Shown here: piece after piece, positions 40,217 to 53,695 of the stretch
How the letters are laid out: every line of letters starts with the position of its first letter
Numbering within the stretch: position 1 is the first letter of the stretch
NCBI GenBank assembly: GCA_951406725.2
Contig: OX597830.1
Coordinates: forward strand, 77,004,001-77,068,000
DNA length: 64,000 nucleotides
Source: Octopus vulgaris
Taxonomy: Eukaryota
Direction: 5' to 3'
The notes under the pieces: model-generated
Told to the model about the DNA's origin: nothing
Database searches by the model: none
What the model saw: only the letters and a program-made list of their open reading frames with translations
Program-made: the position numbers and the translations under genes

Positions 40217-40328
40217 GGTACAGGAGTGGCTGTGTGGCTGTGTGGTAAGAAGTTTGCTTCCCAACCACATAGTTCCGGGTTCAGTCCCACAGTGTAGCAC
40301 ATTGGGCAAGTGTCTTCTACTATAGCCT
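40217..40328 (+). mobile_element. SINE family S1, 5' part
   Basis: Head homology to 3988-4397. Confidence 0.75.
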
Positions 40329-40516
40329 AGTACTAGGCTATAGTTAACTAAATTCTGACGAACAGAAACCATTGCGGTCAAGGTAGAGCAAGATTAAGAG
40401 ATAACACAGAAAGCATGGTGGGTATTGATTGTAATGTATCAGGAGGTGACCGCGTGTGTACCGTTGGCGATTTTTTTCCCTCCCTCCTCCCTTCTCTGGA
40501 TCTTTCTTTTTCCTAT

Positions 40517-40551
40517 GTTTCTGACGAAGAGCTCCGCTCGAAACGTAAAAC
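40517..40551 (+). ncRNA. Minimal type I hammerhead ribozyme in a ~250-bp Penelope-like terminal fragment (~40390-40640)
   Basis: GTTT-CTGACGA-A-GAGC-TCC-GCTC-GAAA-CG-TA-AAAC. Stems I and II are perfect, with a GUA site. Confidence 0.8.
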
Positions 40552-41611
40552 CCTCCTTCTTCCCTTCCTTCCTGAACATCCAATAATACTATATTTGTTC
40601 CACGTCCTCGCGTTGTTGTGTTTTCTCTTTGTGTTTTCATGTTTGGATTAACTTTATATGTATACATATATAGTTCCTTGCGTGTAAATAAATATCAAAA
40701 TGCCCTTTCTCAACCGGGATGCATATGACCCTTGGAGTTCACAACGGATTTTGTTGCAAAAATCTGTGCATTAAACTGGTGTATTTGAATTACCTCATTT
40801 TAGTGTTATTCTTGTGTGTTCACTTGTAATGAAAGAAAGTTGACTGATGAAGTCAATTATTTTTGCCGCCTTTGTTTTTTAACATATCAAAACATATCAA
40901 AAATCAAAAATGAAACTAGCAGAATCGCTAAACTATCAGCGTAAAATTTATTGGAAATACTTCCAGCTCTCAAACTTCCATGTTCAAATTACGCTGAAGT
41001 CATATTTTCCTTTCATTCCTCCTGGACAAATAAAATAAGCACCAGAGACTGATACTTTATTTTAAAAGGTGGGCGGGATGGGACTGCCTGATAGCTGGGG
41101 TAGGTGTTATAGATCAACCCCATTCTCTCAAAATTGCTGGCCTTGTGCCTAAATTAGAGACAATAATGAAGAAATAGAGAAGAGCGAGATAAGAATAATA
41201 ATTAATAAAAGTCGGTGCTCGTATTCCTTGTTCTTTCTCTTCGTTTTCTTTACTCTTGAAGTTTGGATTTAATTCACTTCTCATCCTCGAATGTCACTCT
41301 TGTGTAAACACATTGGTAGACAATGAGTGACATTGTAAAAATGAGACATTATTAGCTGGGTTTTTTTTTTTTTTGGATAAACACCTTCACACACATACAT
41401 GTATGTAGAATGTACACACAGGCACACACACATACATCTCCATCGGTGGATTTAATTTGCATATGTATACATGCTTCTGTCTTTAAACTTATAAGCCATC
41501 CGTTTGTGTGTGACATACTATCACTTTTTCACTCTCTCTATACATACATACATACATACATATGTATGTATGTATATATATATATTTATATATATTTACA
41601 CACACACACAG

Positions 41612-41644
<33 letters not shown>

Positions 41645-42195
41645 ATATTGGTGCATTAAATATGTGTTCATATCTTTAAACTAATTATGTTTAAGCGAGG
41701 TTACGCGCGTATGTATGTACGTATGTGTATGTGCATGCATGTATGGATGTATATGTGCGTATGTCTATGTGTTCCTATGTTTAAACAGTGATCCTTTGTA
41801 CACTAACTGACGTGTCTATTTATTTATGAAGCTTATTTGATTGAGTAAATAATCTATGCTATTCACGCTGTGTTTTGTGTTGTACGTGTGAGTGAATATA
41901 TTTTTGAATTTCTGACTGTTAAACTCTCGAAGAAGGCTCTTGGCCCAATTGCCGAATCTCTGTCTTGTATAAGGCTGCTTTCTTTATTTCTTTGTCTTTT
42001 AGGCGGCAGATTTATTTATTTGTGTATTTATTTATTTATTGATTGATTGATAGTTTGTTCTATAGGGAAGGGCTATGTCTATGGTGTTCGCAGATTCTCG
42101 GAAACGAAGCTCTTGTACATTACGAAAGGTTACAGGTAAAAAAAGAAAAAGAATTTTATGGAGAGGTTGAGAACTCCATAAGGTGGAATACATGA

Positions 42196-42478
42196 GTTCC
42201 TTCTCAAGCCATGCCTGGCTCATAAGGGCCGGTTTCCCGGTTTCCTTGGCGTATAGGTTCCCCACCTGGACGGGACGCCGGTCCGTCGCAGGTGAGCTGC
42301 AAGATGCAGGAGGAAAGTCGTGGCGAAAGTGTCAGCATAAAGTTTGCCATTACCTTTTGCCGACGCCGCGTGGAGCTTAGGTGCTTTCGCTCATAAACAC
42401 ACACATCGCCTGGTCTGAGATTCGAACCCGCGATCCCTCGACCGCGAGTCCGCTGCTCTAACCACTAGGTCATGTGCC
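42196..42478 (-). mobile_element. SINE family S2 variant, tail type C-like
   Basis: B-box GGTTCGAATCT and GAAACCGGGAAACCGGCCC tail. Confidence 0.85.
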
Positions 42479-42640
42479 GAATATATGAGTAGAAAGGGTT
42501 AGGTATGATCGTAAGTGAGAGACCTGACTGAGGTTCACAGCACGGATAATCAGAGATGAAAAGATTTGGGCTGCATGAAGTTTTCACGGGAAAAGCCAGT
42601 ACAAGGAACAAAGACCACAAGAGTAACGAAAAAGTTAGGA

Positions 42641-42671
<31 letters not shown>

Positions 42672-43959
42672 AGAGAAGAGAGAGAAGAGAGATTTTGGAA
42701 TGTATCGTGGAACGACTTTATTAAGTGATCCCCCTTTTAGACATGGACTTGTATATTCATTTCTACATGACCCAATAATACAAAAATTCCGAGTTCTTCA
42801 AAATGTGATATATTGGTGCCCTGTCTATTAATACGAAGACAAAACACGTTTTCCATCTGTGAGGAGAAACAATAGTTTATAAAGTTGCCTGACTTGTTGA
42901 AATGTCTAACATCTGGATCGATACATTGAAACACACTTATGATAAATAAATACACGGCAATCCATGTAAACTTTGTGTCTACAAATATATTCGTTACTTT
43001 ATCAAAATATACAATACCAACGAGGTATTGGGTTTTCTAAATTAAAGAATTCCAGGGATTAACTCTGTGTCTCCACGTTCTGAAATCAAATCGATCTGAG
43101 TCGATTTTACATCTTATTCAAAAAAAAAAAAGAAAAAATCGTATATAGGAACTGTTATTATAAAGTATCACGTTCTAACGATGCAGTACAGTATAATACA
43201 GCCAGATGTCACTTGCTGTAAATCAATTATTATCGAGGAAACTTAATTTATACAGAATTTCGAATAAATTTTGGACAGCTAAATTTTACCAATACCACCG
43301 GCGCTACCTACATAACCACAGCTATCAACATCACCATCACTATCAACACGAGCGCCAACACTGGCACTACAAACACCACCAGCGCTACCAACACCATCGC
43401 CACTGCCAACATAACCGCTACAAACACCAGTATTATAAGCACCGCCACCACCATTACTAAAACCATCACCGCTACCAACACCAACACCACCACCGCTATG
43501 AACACCACTACCACTATCAATACCACTACAAGCATCCCCATAAACACAAACATAACCTTTAAACTCACACCAGAAGTTGCGACTCCACCACTGCCACCAC
43601 CACCACCAGCTTCATCACCTCCAACACAACAATCATTACCACAGCCACCTCTACTCTCATATCGTGCAAATATTTGATGTATGACATGATGTCACTAAAT
43701 CCTCATTATTCAAGACCTGTCCATCTTGTTTGGTCACCCCTACTAAAAGGGATCTTTTTCCTACCTTCTCCCATTACCCTTCCCCCTTACTTAAACAATC
43801 TGATGACATTTTTAACAATTCTGATAATCGCGAAGAAGTCAGCGTTGAGGAACTTCGCTCGCTTGGCTTTAATATGAATTTTTAAATGTGCGTATGTATG
43901 TATATATGTATGTATATATGTATGTATGTTTGTATGTATGTATATATGTTTGTGTGTGC

Positions 43960-44010
<51 letters not shown>

Positions 44011-44112
44011 GCTTCTATGTGTGTATGAATTATGCATGTGTATGTATGTGTGTATGCATTTACGTATGTATATATGTATCTATCTACACACACATACATA
44101 CTAACACGCACA

Positions 44113-44193
<81 letters not shown>

Positions 44194-44614
44194 TATATAT
44201 ATATGCATATAAGCATGCACATTTACACATACATATAAATACACACAGGATGCATACAAGCATACGCACAAATACATAGTCTCTGTAAGTTTCCCGCTGG
44301 CATCAAGGGATTCGGGTACAGTGATCTTCGGCTAATTATCATCAGAAGCTAATCTCTTAATGCGTGACACCACCAGAGCTTTGTAAATAGGTAGAAAACA
44401 TTTCATACTGTGTTTGCAAAGCGGGTCAGCTCTAACTTTCTAATAATTAACAGCGTGTAAAGTCTATTTAATATGATATTTCTCAGTCAAACCTAAACTG
44501 CATTACTTTGAACTTGAATCCTGGAGTTGGGACATTTAAAATGCTGCTTAATCACTGAAATGACTGCGTATACGTTTGCTTACTACTAAAAATATTTGTT
44601 TAATCAAAGTATGA

Positions 44615-45185
44615 TGGTTGGCTCATCAGCATCTGGTCGAGCTTGCTGTGACATTTTAAGCCCATACACACCATTCATCTCGGTCCTGCTTTAGTTCAAG
44701 AATGGCTTCGAGGAGGCATCAAGAGTCTCGAGGAAATTTATCTACAGACATTATGTTCGGAAGATCTACTCGGGTACGATTACACTTTGGTGTCCATAGC
44801 AATAGCAATTCAGCTCCACAACACTACCACCGCTATCAATACCACTACCAGCATCCCCATAAACACAAACATAACCTTTAAACTCACACCAGAAGTTGCG
44901 ACTCCACCACCACCACCACCACCACCAGCTTCATCAGCTCCAACAAGCGACTTTCTCCTCATATTCATGGAAACAGGCAAGAAATCTCCATACAGCTGTT
45001 TTTTGGTGGGATGACTTCTCTAATATATTTTTGAAGCTGCTCTTAACATTCGGGTGGTAATTCCGTCTAGCTTGGATTCCAGGTTTTTGGTAAACAGCCA
45101 GGCTGTTGCTCCATATAAAAGGACTGACTCTACTCTTGCATAGAAAAACATGTTTTAAGGTTATCTGACAGGGCTGGTTGGAAGA
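44615..45185 (-). pseudogene. RTE/RTE-X-like LINE 3' fragment, interrupted at 44818-44945
   Basis: RVESVLLYGATAWLFTKNLESKLDGITTRMLRAA..HPTKKQLYGD, then ELLLLWTPK after the insertion. Confidence 0.8.
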
Positions 45186-45560
45186 TGTAAAACATAACGA
45201 AACGAAATTTAATTTGGAGAGCCAATGTTACAAATTGAAACATCTATATAAAAAAAAAAACTGAATTGAAAAAAGAATGAACAGCAATATTTGAATTCCT
45301 TTGTGATGTTCAGATTTGCTAGAACCACATTCACTTAACTTCTTACCTTACAATGAAGGCGCGCAACCTCGTCAATAGGGTGTTTAGCTCATGAAGGTAA
45401 TGACAAGGAGTCAATTCTTGGGCCGGACGGCTCGTTGAGTTCTTGAGCAAGGTACTTCATTTCACGTAGCTTCTGTCAATTCAGCTGTAAATGATTACCA
45501 TCCGACTGCTGAATATTTGCTGAATATTTCGGCTGTCAAATATCAGATGCTCTGCTAGAC

Positions 45561-45908
45561 CAAGGGTTCTCAACCACTATTTTTATCCAAGGACTACTTT
45601 GATTATTATTTTGTTTTGTTGGACCCCTTAGCATTTCGATGTTTAAAAACTAGTTTTATAGATACTTCTTTCAAAATTCCTATTTTGTTTTTCACACATT
45701 AACTTGGGTTGGTTGAACTGTGTAAAATGCTAGGGAAAGAAACCCAGCTGTTTCATGCTAAACATTACCAATACATACATCTAAAGCAATTTTTTTCAGG
45801 GACCCTTAAAATACTATTGTGGATCCCAATTTATTATTTTGTTACGTGGACCCCCACAAAATCTTATATGGATCCTCAGGAGCAATATGAACCGTAGCTG
45901 GAAAAATT
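45561..45908. mobile_element. Decayed hAT-like MITE
   Basis: CAAGGGTTCTCAACC end and repeated TGGACCCC subterminal motifs. The right TIR is degraded. Confidence 0.45.
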
Positions 45909-45938
45909 AATACTTGAATTGAGATCAAGAGCAACATA

Positions 45939-46300
45939 GGCGCTGGAGTGGCTGTGTGGTAAGTAACTTGCTTACCAACCACATAGTTCGGGGTTCAGTC
46001 CCATGGCGTGGCACCTTGGGGCAAGTGTATTCTACTATAGCCTCGGGCCGACCAAAGCCTTGTGAGTGGATTTGGTAGACGTATGTGTGTGTATATATTT
46101 GTGTCTGTGTTTGTCCCCCCCCAACATCATTTGACAACCGATGGTGGTGTGTTTACGTCGCCATAACTTAGCGGTTCGGCAAAACTGACCGATAGAATAA
46201 GTACTAGGCTTACAAAGAATAAGTCCTGGTGTCATTTTGCTCGACTAAAGGCGGTGCTCCAGCATGGCCACAGGCAAATGACTGAAACAGGTAAAAGAGA
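45939..46300 (+). mobile_element. SINE family S1
   Basis: Homology to 3988-4397. Confidence 0.85.
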
Positions 46301-47033
46301 GGAAAAGAGATGAAAAAGAAATAAACAAATAAACAAGAAAATCAGATGAAAAGAAGAAGAAGATGATGATGATGATGATGACGACGACGACGACGACAAG
46401 GTGGTAGTCGAGAAAGAGAAAGTGGAAGAAGAAGAAGAAGAAGAAGAAGAAGAAGAAGAAGAAGAAGAAGAAGAAGAAGAAGAAGAAGAAGGGTTCAAGA
46501 AGAAGAAAAGAAAATGATGGTGACGACGGCAAAGAAGAAGAACAGCAAAAATAATAACAATAAGGAGATGTGGTGGTGGTGATGGGCATGGCTGTAATGG
46601 TGCTGGGCATTTTAGTGACAGATGTTTGAAATAATAGAATAAAACGGAATGGAAAGAAAAACGAAAAATCAACAAAGACAACGACCAAACAAGAACAACT
46701 ATCACCAACAAATTCAACAACAACAACAGCAACAACAGCAATGACCATAACAATAACAACAAGGACAATAACCAGAATTCAAACAATAACCGAAATGGTG
46801 CCGCTGACAAATTTGCTCCGGTGTTGAAGTTTAATAAAGAGATCGGATTGTTTTCTGACATTTCCACGTAATCCCCATAGGAACTTGACAACACTGCTTC
46901 TTGTTTGTGCCTGATTGCTATTATTAGTATAGAGGGAGAGAGTTCCCATTGCAGAGGTAATGGAGTGATATCTAATGATTTGTAATAAGGAACCGAAGAT
47001 AGCAGAATCGTGAGCCGGATACAATGTTTATCT

Positions 47034-47079
<46 letters not shown>

Positions 47080-47103
47080 AAAATATATATATATTTTTTG
47101 GGC

Positions 47104-47273
47104 CCTTTACGTTCTGAGTTCAAATTCCGCCAACGTCTTCTTCACCTTTCATTCTTTCGGGGTCGATAAATTAAGTACCAGTTACGCACTGGGGTCGATG
47201 TAATCGACTTCATCCCTTTGTCTGTCCTTGTTTGTCCCCTCTGTGTTTAGCCCCTTGTGGGTAGTAAAGAAAT
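47104..47273 (+). mobile_element. SINE family S4, 5'-truncated
   Basis: Homology to 11895-12065. Lies between two copies of ACAATGTTTATCTGGTA. Confidence 0.8.
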
Positions 47274-47321
47274 GACAATGTTTATCTGGTATATATATAT
47301 ATATATACATACATACATACA

Positions 47322-47411
<90 letters not shown>

Positions 47412-47417
47412 TGCTGT

Positions 47418-47839
47418 GACCCCCTTCGGTCATGAATGACCATGGGATTGCACCTAGAAAGTTACCCACCGAGGCACAAGTCTGGGCAAGGTTGTTATCC
47501 AAGTCAAAGGCAAAGGCCGATGCAGCTTGGCACCAATGACGTCGCAGCTCATTTATTAACGTGCAGGTGGCTGAGCACTCCACAGACACGTATTCCCTTA
47601 ACGTAGTTCTCGGGGAGATTCAGCGTGACACAGAGTGTGACAAGGCTGGCCTTTTGAAATACAGGTACAACAGAACAAGAAGAAAGAGTGAGAGAAAGTT
47701 GTGGTGAAAGAGTACAGCAGGGTTCATCAACACCCACTGTCGGGGCCTCGTGGAGCTTCAGGTATTTTTGTTATAAACACTCACAATGCGATCCTAAGAC
47801 CGCGAGTCCGCTGCCCTAATCACTGGGCTAATGCACCTC

Positions 47840-47840
<1 letters not shown>
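47418..47840 (-). mobile_element. Chimeric SINE: S2 head, type A body, type B tail
   Basis: Matches 37500-37798 up to TGCACGTTA, then switches to the sequence seen at 4545-4730. Confidence 0.8.
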
Positions 47841-47892
<52 letters not shown>

Positions 47893-47894
47893 TT

Positions 47895-48242
47895 TAGCTC
47901 TTTACGTTCTGAGTTCAAATTCCGTCGAGATCAGCTTTGCCTGTCATTCTTTTGGGGGTCAATATAATAAATACCGGTCAAGAACTGGGGTCGATGTAAT
48001 CGACTAGCCTCTCCCCCACTGAAATTGCTGGCCTTGTGTCAACATTTCAAATCTAATGCTGCAGCTGGTCGAATCGTTAGCGCAGCATTTCTTCTCATTT
48101 TACGGTTTGAATTCCAATTCCGCCAAGGTCGACTTTACCTGTCATTCATTGGGGTTGATAAAGTAAACACCAATCACAGTCATGTTGATGTCATCGGCTT
48201 ATCGCCTTACCTAAAATTACTGGCTGGCTTTGTGCCAAAAAG
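47895..48242 (+). mobile_element. Two tandem diverged S4 SINEs
   Basis: Central motif present twice. Confidence 0.65.
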
Positions 48243-48847
48243 CTGAGTCTTTAGAGCAACGGAGGAAAGACTAAACGGCATTGGTATCGCCAACAAATGG
48301 TGGAGGCACAGACGCTTTGTTACAGAGTATGCCCCCATAAAACGGTTTAAAAATACCATTAAAAAACGCATCCTCAAATAAATAGTCAAAACAAACCAAC
48401 CAAGCAACCAACAAACAAACAAACTATTCAGCCAGCCAGCCAACCCGGTACAGACGTAATACATGCAGTTAACAGTAACTGTGTCCGCGATTTGGCCATG
48501 TTGGTGCTATTTCTCCTACAATTCCCATTTCACTTCTGTCTATCTGTCTGTCTAACTGTCAGACTCTCTTTCGTTCACCTTCTCTTTGACTCACTCTCTC
48601 TCTCGCTTTCTCTCTCTCAATGTCTTTCTTTCTGCTTCTCTCATCCCTCCCCTCTCTCTCCCCTCCTCTCTCTCTCTCTCTGTACATTCACATGTGCGTG
48701 TGTGTGTGTGTATGTGTTTCATTATTCGCATAATTCTTATAATTCCATACGGCTGCTTCCATTTTTACTCTCTTCCTATCTCTCTCACTTCGTTATATAC
48801 ATTCACACATACATACCAACATACATAATTACATCCATACATACACA

Positions 48848-48909
<62 letters not shown>

Positions 48910-48953
48910 TATATATATGTATAAATATATATGTATATAGATGCATGTATGCT

Positions 48954-48999
<46 letters not shown>

Positions 49000-49282
49000 T
49001 GTATATATATGTGTGTGTATGTATGTATGTAAGTATGTATGTATGTATGTATGTATGTATGTATGTATGTATGTATGTATGTATGTATGTATGTATGTAT
49101 GTATGTGTAAGCTCCCCACTGTGCATTCATCAGCTTTCTTCTCATGTCCTTGTTGGCTTGATGTGAAACATACCAACACATTAGTTTAATTACCAAACGT
49201 GGTCAGTCTCCGGACTGCACTAGTGACCTATGCACCGCTGGTTGTATTAGTAACTAATTAGGTATAAACCATCTTTTCTGAC

Positions 49283-49800
49283 CACCACCATCACCACCGT
49301 TATCACCACTATCAACATCACCAGCACCACTGTCAGCATCACCACCGTTACCGCTGTCACTGCGACCACTACCACTACTGTCACCATCACTACTATCACC
49401 AATACCACCACCACGACCTCCACCACCACCACCGCTACCACCACCTTTATCACTTCCATTAACACCCTCACCGCCGTCATCACTATGACTAACACATTCA
49501 TTATCATCATCGTCTCCATAACCACTTCTACCATCACCCCTCCATCACCATCATCACCACTACCACCACTACCACCATCACAACTACTATCACCATTACC
49601 ATCACCTCTCCATCACCATCACCACTACCACCATCACAACTACCATCACCTCTCCATCACCATCATCACCATTACCACCATCACAAGTACCATCATGGAA
49701 ACCATCATCACTACCACCAGCGGCGCAGCCGCCACCGCTGTCTCAGCCATTACTGCCGTCGCCGCCACCGCCATCATCTTCTCCACCGATACCACTCACT
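49283..49800. repeat. Degenerate (ACC/ATC)n low-complexity tract
   Basis: Directly visible. Confidence 0.9.
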
Positions 49801-50116
49801 AAAACCATCAGCGTGATCGTCACCAAGTCTTAAACCACACTGCAAACGCTTCATGAAGAACGTTGCAGTTATACCAAAATCACAGCATGAATGACACCGT
49901 ACCACACCACATATCTACTCAGCACTCCACACAATATGACTTCACCTCAACTGTACAATAAGATTTCTCTTGTGTAATTAAGCAATAGGCAAACACTTTA
50001 CAGCCATACTACAACCATACTCCAACCGTTATCATGTCATACCACACTCGTACGGTAGCGATATCATAATCGGCATCACATAATATGGGGTCATCGTCGT
50101 TTGGCGATGAAGATTC

Positions 50117-50358
50117 ATTTTTTTTTACTTGTTTCAGTCTTTTGACTGTGGCCATTCTGGAACTCCGCCTTTAGTCGAACAAATCGACCCCAGGACTTTC
50201 TTTGTAAGCCTAGTACTTATTCTATCGGTCTCTTTTGCCGAACCGCTAATTGACGGGGACGTAAACACACCAGCATCGGTCGTCAAGCGATGTTAGGAGG
50301 ATAAAACACAGACACACAAACATATACTCACACACACACACATACATACATACATACA

Positions 50359-50442
<84 letters not shown>

Positions 50443-50606
50443 CGACGAGCTTCTTTCAGTTTCTGTCTCCCAAATCAACTCACAAGGCTTTGGTCGGCCC
50501 GAGGCTATAGTAGAAGGCACTTGCCCAAGGTGCCACGCAGTGGGACTGAATCCGGAGCTATGTGGTGGGTAAGCAAGCTATTTACCACACAGCCACTCCT
50601 ACGCCT
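50117..50606 (-). mobile_element. SINE family S1 with expanded internal microsatellite
   Basis: Homology to 3988-4397. Confidence 0.85.
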
Positions 50607-51681
50607 ATGATTAACTGTTCCATTAACTGAATTATCTGCTCCTTAATTAACGTAATAAATAGAGTTATTGCATAATTTGGTCCTGGGTCCCATACACAGA
50701 GGCAAACAAGGGTTGGTAATAACTAATGGAATTCTCTTGGCCATAGGACTGTGTGTCCATAATAAATCCTACTAAAATATGTATAAATGCATATATACAT
50801 GCTACCTACAAACAAATCGACCAACCAGCCAACAAGCCTACCAACCAAACGATTACAAAAACGCGTCAAATAGTCATATCACTAATTCAATAATAATTCC
50901 ACCAAACCAACCAACCAACCGTTTCGCTAATCATTAACCGACCGACCGACCAGCCAACTAACCAACCAACAAACCAGCCAACCAACCAGTTAACCAGCCA
51001 ACCGACCGGCCAACTAACCAACTAACCAGCTCGCCGACCAGTCAACCTACCAACCAACTAACCAACCGACCAACTTACTAATCACCTCACCAGTCCCCCA
51101 ACCAGGGAACTAGCCATCTAACCAAACCACCAATACAGCAAAGCAGCCCTCACCTAACCTAGCAACCCTTTAACCGTCCATTCATGAACCCACTAACCCC
51201 ACTAACCAACACCAAACTGCACTGACTGCATTACTGACTCATTTCTCAAACGGGATCACTTTAAAGAGATTTTTAATCATTCAAGCTGCCATCATCTCAC
51301 CTCAACAATCCCAAAACTCCCACTCGTCAACACCCTCCCCCTCTGTGTCTGTCTGTCTTCTTATCTGTTTGTCTGTCTGTCAGTCTTTCTATCTGTCTCT
51401 GTCTATCTCTCTCTGTCTCTCTCTCACGCACACACACATCGGACCTTAGGTTTTATGGTCCAATGTTATTGCTGCTGTGGTCAAACAGAGAAAATGAAAA
51501 GCAGACAGAGTCAAACTTCAATCTCCTCCACTGCACCCTCAACGCCACCACTATAACAAACGCTTATCAGAATTCTCCCCACAAAAGTACATACACGCAT
51601 ACACGCACACACATACATACGTACCTACATACGTATACAGAAAAATCTACGTATTTGTCTATATGTAGGTGCATACATATA

Positions 51682-51715
<34 letters not shown>

Positions 51716-51738
51716 CATACATATATACATACATACAT

Positions 51739-51773
<35 letters not shown>

Positions 51774-51789
51774 TGGTTAATCCACATTA

Positions 51790-52003
51790 CCCTGTAAGGA
51801 TCATGGGGTAAGTTTCTTGGTCTCTCTTGTATATAAAACATTCCTCCCTGGACGGGACGCACCCTAGGATTATTCATTTTTATCATGGACTGGAGTAACG
51901 TGAAATGCAGTGTTTTGCTCAAGAACACAAAGCATCGCCCGGTCCAGGAATCGAAAATGCAATCTTACAATCATAAGCCCAACATCCTAACCACTAAGCC
52001 ATG
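51790..52003 (-). mobile_element. SINE family S3
   Basis: Homology to 28300-28552. Confidence 0.75.
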
Positions 52004-52489
52004 AGCCCCTACACACTTATATATATGTGTGTTTATATGCAATTCATGTACATGTGGACGTGTAACATTGTCCATTTTTTCCGTCCTTGTTTTTGTATAC
52101 ATTCGATGCTTTCTTCCAAGAAATCTAATGCCTTTAGCTTAGTTTTTCCTTGGGGCTGGCCAGATTGGAGCAATCTCAAGATTAATCAGCTGAAATTGCG
52201 AGGATAATCTGATTCCTGACTGAAGATAGAAAGCTTCGAATGACCCGTCCTTGTTTTCTTTGTATCGTCTATCTGGATATTTTGTTGTCCCTTTTTGTAT
52301 CACCTAGTTGTCCGGATGTTTTGCGTTCTTGTCCCATTTTGTATTATATATAAGTATATGTATATATACATATATATGTATGTATATATGTGTATGTATA
52401 TATATATATATATAAACAAATGAATGAGACGGAAAATGGAATACACGCGAACCTTTATTGGAAACATGCAAATGCTTTTGTACACCATT

Positions 52490-53430
52490 ATGTCAAACGC
52501 GATTTTGGTAGTGAATGTTATCCGACTCAATTTGCACCATATAGCTTCAAAAAAGAAATGAGATAAAGCAAGTCTTTATCAGGCGTTCAATAGCACTCAC
52601 AGGCTGTTCTGGGACTTTGACCAGCTGAAAAGCCTTGATAATCCATCCATGTCGTATACTATCAAAAGCATTCTGGTTGTCCAGCCGCACAACGGTTAAG
52701 TTACAAAGATTTTTGTTTGTTTTTTTATTTCCTGGACAATTTTGTTAATTTGTAGCTGCAGTATACAGCCCCACACCACCTTCTTTCCTCCAGTTTGCTC
52801 GGGCGTTATAATATTGATAGTACAATGATCCTGTAAAAACTGATTGAGGCACCCAGCGTATAATTTGTACATGATGTTCTGACTAGCTACTGACTAGTTC
52901 TGACTAGCTACTTTTCAAAATAAGGAGATTAGTTGCAGTTGATAACCATTGGACAGTTCTTATGCGCCCTTGATATTTTCTCCATTCAACCGCATAAAAT
53001 CTCTCTGATAAAAGAACAAATTCTTCAGCCAGGAACCTGCTATGAGTTTTGGGCCTGGTGATTTCCTGTTTGACATTTTCTGTAGAACTGTTTCCAGTAT
53101 TTCGCCCTCTATTTCACATTGCTTTTGCTGCATATGCTGGTAGTACTTCGGTTCTTTTAGCAATATACTTTGTTGAATTGGTCATTTGCTTCTTATACAG
53201 TTCTTTAGCGGCCTTCAACCCGATCTTTTCTGGAGTTATCTTTTACAGAGATTCAACCTTTCGCATTGAAGTTGATATAAACTTGGGATCTCTGGCAAAT
53301 AATTTATTGAGCATTTGCCGTTTATATACTGTATATTTATATATTAATTTTTCCGATGTAGATGTCAGTTGTTCTTTCAGATGGTTCAGTTTGGAGTTCC
53401 GGTTTTTGAATCCTGTATCACCAAATCACC
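52490..53430 (-). pseudogene. R4/Dong-like non-LTR reverse transcriptase fragment
   Basis: LNKLFARDPKF, KMSNRKSPGPKLIAGSWLKNL, SQNIMYKLYAGCLNQFLQDHC..ITPEQTGGKKVVWGC and RLDNQNAFDSIRHGWIIKAFQLVKVP (RT motif D..KAFDSV.H). Stops and frameshifts present. Confidence 0.85.
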
Positions 53431-53436
53431 CCTTTT

Positions 53437-53695
53437 GGAGGCGCGTGGCTTATAAGTTAGGGTGTTGGACTCATGATCGTAAGATTGTGGTTTCGATTCC
53501 TGGACGGGACGACGTGTTGTATTCTTGAGAAAAAACATTTCATTCACGTTGCTCCAGTCCACTCAACTGGCAAAAGTAAGTAACCCTGTGAAGGACCGGC
53601 ATCTCGTTCAACACGGAATATATACGCCTGGGAAACCGGGAAACCGGGAAAGCGACCTTTATGAGTCAGTATGATTCGGGAAGGAAACCTTTTTG
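53437..53695 (+). mobile_element. SINE family S3
   Basis: Homology to 28300-28552. Confidence 0.8.

Noticed and set aside
41925-41970. Hammerhead-like TCGAAGA-A-GGC..GCC-GAAT
   Set aside because: Both core halves are mutated and stem I is absent, so it cannot be told from chance.
42720-43010. Possible coding or TE fragment (also 55740-56110)
   Set aside because: No recognisable motif in any frame by manual translation.
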